Part shown: in pieces, positions 56,401 through 64,000 of the stretch
Numbering within the stretch: position 1 is the first letter of the stretch
Layout: each line of letters starts with the position of its first letter
Source of the DNA: Zancudomyces culisetae HAW-14-8
Taxonomy: Eukaryota; Fungi; Kickxellomycota
NCBI GenBank assembly: GCA_052426225.1
Contig: JBNJNM010000012.1
Location: 1,736,001 to 1,800,000 of the forward strand
Reading direction: 5' to 3'
DNA: 64,000 nucleotides
The notes under the pieces: model-generated
What the model was told of the DNA's origin: nothing
Databases searched by the model: none
Seen by the model: only the letters and a program-made list of their open reading frames with translations
Translations under genes and position numbers: made by a program

Positions 56401-59400
56401 TGAAGGTGAGGGTGAGGGTGAAGTGGATTGGGATAAACAAGAGTTTTTAGCCTTGTATATGAAGGAGTCATATCGAAACTTGGGATTTATTCCCGTTATT
56501 TACCTTCGACAAATCTGTAAAGCCAGACTTACGTTTGCCACCAAGAAAGGAATAAAATATACGGAACAGTGGAGGAAGGAAGCAATACCGGATAGTTTTA
56601 CGCGTGCAGAAGTTGTTTTAGAGACGATTCCTAGCAACGGAAACGATATAGATGCAAAAGCTCGCGAACTGAAACTGATTTCAGACAAGAGTGCGCGGGG
56701 CGAGGAATCCGAAGCCGCATACGAAAAGATGTATAAGGAAACGGACTTAGTTTATGTGAAATGGAAGGGACTGCCGTTTGATCAAAGTACATATGACAAA
56801 CCACCTCATCCATACTACGAGAGCGAGCAGTATAAGGAATGGCGAGTAGCGCTTCAAAGATATTTTGAAGTTGGTAAGATCAGTTCTTGGGCGGCTAGAA
56901 ACCATTTTAGGCAGTTTTATCATCATTATGGATTCAATATGACGAAGAGAAGAAGGCTGATTTATGAAACTCGTGATAGAATGTTGCATAAATTGAGCTT
57001 GGAATATGAAGCAGAAAAGAACAGTGCATCGCCAAAATACAATTATAAGGAATACATGAGGAAAAGGAGAGCTATAATAGATGAAAAAGACGAGGAACTA
57101 GCTAAACTAAACGCATCCAAATCGAGAGAAACAAAGTTATCGATTGAAGACACATTCACTGAAGTAAAAGAACAACCATCATATCTTGTAGGTGGAAAAT
57201 TATATCCATACCAACTTGAAGGAATTAACTGGATGTTGTACAAGTGGCTGCACGGTAGGTCGTGTATTTTGGGAGACGAGATGGGATTGGGGAAAACGGT
57301 GCAGATTATTTCGTTTATATCGATACTTATGAGGCTTATGGCACCTAAAGAGCCGTTCGCCAAGTCGGCTGCGCACAACAGATTGGTGTTTCCATTTCTT
57401 TTGGTTGTTCCAGCTTCATTGGTTGACCAGTGGGTTAGAGAATTTAAGACTTGGGCGCCTGAAATTGTGGTTGTAGCATTTGTGGGAAACCGACCGTCAC
57501 GTGATATTATCAGGAGACATGTGATGTATTATCAGACAGCGTCGGACGAGAATACACACGATCTATGCTGCCATGTGGTCATTACGACTTATGAATGCAT
57601 CGTTAGGTCTGATGGACTGAAAATTCTAAGATTGTTTAAGGGGGAATGGCAGAGTGTTATTGTGGATGAGGGTCATCGACTTAAAAATGACAAAAGCAAG
57701 AATTTCGAAAAGATAAAAAAGATACGCTGCAGAAATAGAATTGTTATTACAGGTACTCCTGTTCAGAATCAAGTGCGTGAAATAATCAATTTGCTTAATT
57801 TCATTCGACCTGACATGTTTCCTAGCACATTGAAATTGGAAATGGAATATGGGAGAACTACTTCGCTAGAAAAGCTTTCAGAATTGCGTGAGATGCTGAA
57901 GCCGCATCTTTTGCGTAGGCTGAGAGATGAAGTGCTATTCAACCAGATTCCAGCCAAGCACGAGATTATTGTTCCAGTAACTCTTTCATCATGGCAACGT
58001 CAGCTTTATAGAGCAATATTGCAAAAAAACGTCAAAACATTGGAAATAATTCAACAGCTTTTTAAAAACAATGGTGAGCAGCCACCAGACGCTCATCTGT
58101 CAAAGGCCAAACACATGAATCTAAATAATGTCTTGATGCAGGTTCGCAAGGTTATTGACCATCCGTATCTGACCGAAGTGGATCTTCCAGAGTTCTCAAC
58201 GGCAGATGAGGCTCAGGAGCATTTTATCCAGGCCTCAGGAAAGATGCAGTTGTTGCATCTCCTGCTTAAGCAGTTGCGAGAACGGAAGAAGCGGGTGTTG
58301 CTGTTCATGCCGTTTCTAGATATGCTGGACTATATGGAGGATTATTTCGATAAAGAAGAGATAGGATACGTACGGATGGATGGGAATTTGCCGTTAGAGC
58401 AGAGGATTAAGGTTGTGGACAGCTTCAACAACGAGCCTGAAAAGTATTTTTGCTTTATGTCTACAGCCAGAGCTGGAGGAGTTGGGCTAAACCTGACTTC
58501 GGCAAATGTTGTGATATTGTTTAGTCCCGATTGGAATCCACATGTTGATATGCAGGCATTAAGTAGAGCATATCGAATTGGTCAAAAGTCGCCAGTGTTG
58601 GTTTTCAAGATTATGACTAATGATTCGGCTGAGGAGCGAGTAATGCAAAATGCAAAGCGCAAGCTGCGAATTGACCAGCAGCTAATAGACTATGATGAAA
58701 CGCAAGAAAACGAAGACGTCCAGGATATTGATTTGGCAAGCGCGCTTAAATGTGGTGCCGAACAGCTGTTTTCGCAATCTGAAGCCAGCGTCCAGACTAT
58801 CACTTATGATGAAAACAAAGTCAAGCTGATGCTTGATGAGAACGAGAAGACTTTGGCTGAATTAAATGAGCTAAGGTCCAAGCAGTCAGCTGAAAATGGT
58901 ATCAAAAGTCAGTTTGCGTTTGCTCGGGTATGGGACGTTGCTCAAAGCACCGAGGCTCCATTGGCTGACTCTGATGATGAACATGAAAACGGCGGCGAAG
59001 ATCTCGATTGGATTTCCAAGGCAATTCAGGAAATTGAAGCAAACCAGGCGTCTGCGGAGGAACAGTACGGCCGAGGTTTTCGTAAAAAGGCACGAGTCAA
59101 CTATTATTCCGAACATGACGCAGAAAAAACCGGCAAGAATAAATCATTGGCTTCAACACACAGCGCAAGCCAAGCTGAACAACCTGCAAATGGCATTGAA
59201 GCTCTTCTTGATGAAACACTGGCTAAAAATAAACGAAAGCGGAAAAACAACTCTAGCGATCAAGAATTCCAAGCACATTCTAGCTCATCTTCACATCCAG
59301 CGTCAGATGATCTTTCACATCTTACCACTGAGGATTTAACTGGTCTTTCTAACTTGTCTAATTTTTCTGGTTTGTCTGCTTCGGGATCTCGGCAGAAACA

Positions 59401-59905
59401 GCTACTACCCAAGTCATCGGATAAACAAAACTTTGAGGCCACTCAGTTGCCAATCATTTTCAAGTATGCCCTGCATCTTGGACGTACTTACAACCTCCAA
59501 GGACTGCTGGCACATGCGATCCGGCTGGGTTACAAAGATGATATTGAAGGACTGGTGACGTTTATAACAGACTACTACTATCATCTGAAGGCTGGGATAA
59601 ACGAGGTTTGTCAAAAACTGGCGTTTCTAATGATTATTTGCTGCAGCGAGGCGGCGAGATTGGGACCAAAGACGGCCAGCATACAGTTTGCCTCTCGAGC
59701 TAAAAAATACGTCTTTGCGTTTTTCACTTCTGATGCTATGCAACGGTCGCCTGAAAATCTGGCCGTTTACAACTCTGACCATTTGGCTGATATATTTCAA
59801 ACCCGGCTTTCTGCCTTACCTAAAATCGGTATTGATCCTTCACCTGGAGTACTGACCACTGATCATACATCACGAATCCTAGCACCAGCACAGCCACAGC
59901 CACAA

Positions 59906-59994
<89 letters not shown>

Positions 59995-62230
59995 ACAACA
60001 ACCACAGCAACAACAACAGCAACAACAACAACAACAACAACAATCATTTATTCCTAGTTTACCAACAGCACAGACTTCAGTATCCGCATTAGCCTCACTT
60101 CCACCACAACCACAACAACAACCACAACCACAACCACAATCTCCTGTTCCAGCATCGGTTTCAACTCCTGGTCCAATTCCCGTGGAAGGCTCTTCAGCCA
60201 CCAGTACAAACACCGATACCAATGCAAATGTCCTTGCTGTTGCAAACCACACAAGTCCAATCTCCGTACATCTTCAAACCTCATCCCCTCATCCCGACAC
60301 CTCCCTTCAGAAAAAAACCTCGCCGCTTCTAACCGAAATTGAGACACACTCACTCCTCATAAAAACGACGCTTGAGCAACTAAGATCTAACTATTCTCCC
60401 TTGCTATCACCAATAATCACAGCTCCGTTCAACATTTATTTTGCATCTCAGATTGAAAGACTATTACTATTCAGTATGAAGCTCGCTGCTCTGAACGATG
60501 AAGCCAACCCACCCGAAAGCACCTACATGTTGGCTCTAAACATAGCTTTCCAAACCTCAATCAAAGCAATTGATGCAAATATTTCTAGGATCAACATGCC
60601 AATTAACATTTTTTCTCACAATCTCAGCCGTGTAACCCTCACAAAAAAATTTTTGGTGGCTTTGCTTCTACTTAACTCCAACTGCCAAATTAACCCTGGC
60701 TGTGTTCACCCAAATGGCTATTGTCCATTCATACTCACTCCCCACCTTTCATTTTTGTTTTCATACCTGCGACGTTTGAAAGGATTTGTAAATAGCACTA
60801 CTCATAACCGGTTTAAAGACTGGTATGGCCGCGAGCTTGTGATTTTCAAAATTGCAAGTACCCAGCCAATCTTGGTAAAAAAAGCCCTCAGTTTGACTAC
60901 GGGTATTAAGAATGCTCAGCAAAGTGCGCCCGCTCGCTCTGCTTCTACTCTTTCCCAAGCCCCCACTCTACCTCCCTACTTGGCTAACCACACAGATCCT
61001 GTCATAAACACAAACAATTCTAGTCCCCTACCAATCTCTAATGTTCGTAGTTCTCCTGGAAATATCTCTGTCTCATCTCCTGCACAACCCTCTATCTCTG
61101 CAAATCCATACCCAAGTACTGCTGGACTAGGCCAGCTTATTTCCACAGGCTATTCTCAGGCCACCGGTGGTTCATCCAATCCACTTGCACTAGATTCCAA
61201 CTTGTTCTTAGCTGGCAATTCCGATCCAAACACCTTGGCTATGTCTTACCCTGCCACCAATTCCTCTCAAAACCTATCCAACTCTTCTCTGCCTGCAACT
61301 TACTTTGAAACGGAGCGATTGCCTGATCAGCCATCCAAGAATCACCATGCCCAGTCTCTTGTAGAACCTAGCAGTGATATCCAGAAGCTTGTATCCCCTG
61401 CATACTATCACAATCGCGACACATCCATAACTCCACAGATTGGCTCTTCTCCTACCATGTCTCTCTTCCAGCAACCTACTTTCTCTTCTAGCGTTGTGCC
61501 ACTTAACAGTGTGGCCAATCGATCTATACATGTTTCTACTGGTGTTCAAGAACACTTGAATAGAAACAGCCCCACAATTAGCAATAACGTTAGTAATAGA
61601 AATTTCAGTGAGCCACCTTCGCTTGTTTCCTCAATTACATCTTCTGTTAATGTGAATCCTACAAATTCTTCACATGCCACACAAATAATACAGCAATTAC
61701 CACCACAACAACTGCACCAATTGCAACAACCACAACACCTGCAACAACCACAACACCTGCAACAACCACAGCAACTGCACCAATTGCAGCAGCAGCAATT
61801 ACCATCACTACAACAACATCAGCAGCAATTACCATCACTGCACCAACAACAATTACCACCTCTACAGCAACAATTACCACCTCTACAACAACATCAACAT
61901 CACTCACAGAAGATTTTACAAGCTCAACAGCAACATATTCAACAAATTAAACAGCAGCAACTCCAACAGCAGCAACTCCAACAACAACAACTCCAACAAC
62001 AACAAAGAAACCCCAGTGACCATTATCTAAGTATTGATTCTGTCATAAACTCATGCCCCCTCTGTGGCGCCAACAAGCCTTCTCACACCGCATCAACATG
62101 CCAATTCAACTCCAATTTGCCCTTCCTAACTCATAGAAGAGGTTTTGTGTTTAATAACCCAATGATCCCTGTTAATTTTAAAGAAATGTATCTGGCAGTT
62201 ATTGATACATACTTGTCCAAGCTTCAATAG
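53414..62230 (+). CDS. CHD-family (Mi-2/CHD3-4/Mit1-like) chromatin-remodelling ATPase, 2 exons (53414-54074, 54162-62230), ~2909 aa
   Basis: An 87-nt GT..GCTAAT..TAG intron at 54075-54161 joins the two ORFs in frame. PHD-like finger, chromodomains (YVKWKGLPFDQSTYD), DEMGLGKT, DEGH, helicase-C QALSRAYRIGQ, and a C-terminal Cys/His finger. Confidence 0.9.
59903..60043 (+). repeat. CAA/CAG polyglutamine tract
   Basis: (CAGCAA)n encoding ~46 Gln with one Pro interruption. Confidence 0.97.
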
Positions 62231-62624
62231 AATTTTTTTCTCTTTTCTTGTTTGTTTCTTGTTTCATATACCCTAATTCATATAATCTTTTTTCTGGTCT
62301 AATTGATGTTTCATCATGTTTTTACACTTTATTAGAGTCCAATATTATTTTATAATATATCAATCTAGCCAACCTCTGTGATGTGTTATACAAGTTCTAT
62401 ATAAGGTTTATTATTTTACAAAAAAATAAAGTATTTTTCGAATCCAATAGTTGTCAACTCATCCTGAGCTTTCATCAATAAAAAATTTGATATGGAACTA
62501 AGCTAAGAATAAAATATTAACATACGCCCAACACGCTACATATTCACACTCTCCACTTTGAATAATATAGCAGAGTCCATTTCTTTTCTATATTTTCAAT
62601 CCTTGACCTGTATTTTTGTCTGTT

Positions 62625-62724
62625 GTTAGACTGCAAAACTGTGAACTAAAAATATCTTGGAAACCCCATCCAATCAAAAAGATGATACCAAGCTAATTAG
62701 TGAATCATTTGAATCATCATCACC
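62625..62724 (-). ncRNA. Candidate box C/D snoRNA with a guide against LSU rRNA CUAAUUAGUGA
   Basis: Box C RTGATGA at ~62714-62723 and 11-nt antisense TCACTAATTAG at 62693-62703. Box D is not clear. Confidence 0.4.
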
Positions 62725-62999
62725 ATTCCCAAGCTTTGGTATTTTCTCAGTACTCTAATCCTGTTTCAAATTTATTTTTTCGCTTATTTTTGATCAAGAT
62801 GGGTTTTGTTACTATTATCTATATATACCACTAATCCATTCAAAGAATAATCAAGAATAACAATAGTAATCTGACACGAGTAAAATTTTTTTTATAATGA
62901 TAAAACATCTTTTATTTGACCAATATTCTGAAAAATGCATTATATTTCACAAACTTTTCAAAATTCAACTAACAGATACTTTGGGTTCATACTTACTAT

Positions 63000-63105
63000 T
63001 TCAAGCTAACGCTTTAATGTGTAAAAACAATATTGCGCACTTTTTGTACTCTTAATCACACATTGAGCTTTTTTCGGAAAGTTTGACTGCTTTTCATCAT
63101 CCTGA
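63000..63105 (-). ncRNA. Candidate box C/D snoRNA with a guide against LSU rRNA AGUUUGACUG
   Basis: Box C ATGATGA at 63094-63100 and guide CAGTCAAACT at 63080-63089 followed by a D'-like CCGA. Confidence 0.35.
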
Positions 63106-63134
63106 TGGATTGGAGAATTTATCTTTGCTTACAT

Positions 63135-63210
63135 AATCAGAATGTGAATTACACAAGGGGGACAATTTCAAAACAATCGGCATAGGATGAGCTTGTTTTC
63201 ATTCACAACG
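63135..63210 (-). ncRNA. Candidate box C/D snoRNA with a guide against 5.8S rRNA AAUGUGAAUUGCA
   Basis: Guide TGTAATTCACATT (63141-63153) lies immediately before box D CTGA (63137-63140). Box C is imperfect. Confidence 0.4.
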
Positions 63211-63583
63211 GAATTTGTTATAATAACGTAACAAGTCATTCCTTAGATAAAGTTTCTTGATTAACTCCTGAATTTTGTACTTCAACAAGATGGGAAAGGG
63301 GGAAATAAAAGTCAAAATCGAGCCGATGTCGCTTTAATTTATAGCCGAAAATCTACATTTGTTGGTGGCTTTTGTTAGGTTCTTACCACCTAGTAGTACC
63401 ACCTTAGTACCACCTATAACACGATCAGATGGTTATATTATACACATCCTAAAACACGGGGTTGTACTCTTATTTTTTTTTTTTCCTTTCCTTTCATTCT
63501 AATTTTTTTTGTAAAAAAAAATAACATAAATACTAGTAGTAGACTCCTTGAAGTATGAAGTAGTAGTTTTGTTGCAAGGAATA

Positions 63584-64000
63584 ATGACAGGAAGAGTATC
63601 AATAATTGTACATGGTGGTAAGTATAGTTTTTAATTTAATCCACTTTATGCAATATATTATAGACAAAGCTAATAACTCTACTAAATATAAATAAAAAAA
63701 GGTGCATGGAACATCCCAGAAGAGCTTAAACAAGCTCACGTCGATGCAGTGTCTGAGGCTTGTGAGCATGGATACAACCTATTGGCTGAGCAAGGGGAAA
63801 GTTATCACAGAGCCATAGACGTTGCGCAAAAAGTGATAGAAATGTTGGAGAGTTGCCCGGTTCTAAACTGTGCAAGAGGCTCTCCTCTTAACGCAGATGG
63901 ATACGTAGAAATGGACGCGTTTATAGGCGATGATAAATATAATTTTGGTGCGGTAATGGGTCTGAAGAGTGTATTGCATCCTATAAGAGTGGCACGAGCA
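63584..64000 (+). CDS. Isoaspartyl peptidase/L-asparaginase (type-2 asparaginase, Ntn hydrolase), runs off the window; intron 63618-63701
   Basis: Spliced reading MTGRVSIIVHGG|AWNIP...LESCPVLNCARGSPLNADGYVEMDA...GAVMGLKSVLHPIRVAR; GTAAGT donor. Confidence 0.88.

Noticed and set aside
59820-60353. Poly-Cys and poly-Val/Ala minus-strand ORFs
   Set aside because: These are antisense shadows of the polyQ tract.

Overview
AT-rich, intron-poor eukaryotic DNA. It is very probably fungal, and the gene style suggests an early-diverging lineage such as Kickxellomycotina (inference only). The left flank holds an ABCB half-transporter (open at its 5' end), an Rrn9-like protein, a secreted Gln/Pro/Ala-repeat protein and three small secreted-protein genes or pseudogenes. 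The centre (~19.2-51.8 kb) is a nested Ty3/Gypsy LTR-retrotransposon pile. It comprises element A (19175-22666, a truncated inverted copy of B), D (22667-28700, chromovirus with 121-bp LTRs), E (28701-~36435, gag-pol with a ~3.5-kb leader), F (36436-38892), C (38893-49912, chromovirus with a 140-bp LTR), the intact young chromovirus B (43133-48843, TSD TCAAG) inserted into C, and several solo LTRs. The right flank holds a ~2900-aa CHD/Mi-2/Mit1-like remodeler, candidate box C/D snoRNAs and the start of an isoaspartyl peptidase/asparaginase. Main observation: three different retrotransposon families (D, C, E) each carry a homologous ~170-220-nt non-coding RNA fold whose helices co-vary around invariant loop motifs. 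In D it is antisense, behind a tRNA-derived Pol III promoter. In C it is sense, behind a TTACCCATAA (snRNA-promoter-like) motif. In E it is one domain of a ~2.8-kb densely base-paired RNA upstream of gag. I could not assign this RNA to any family I know. All folding and alignment was done by eye.
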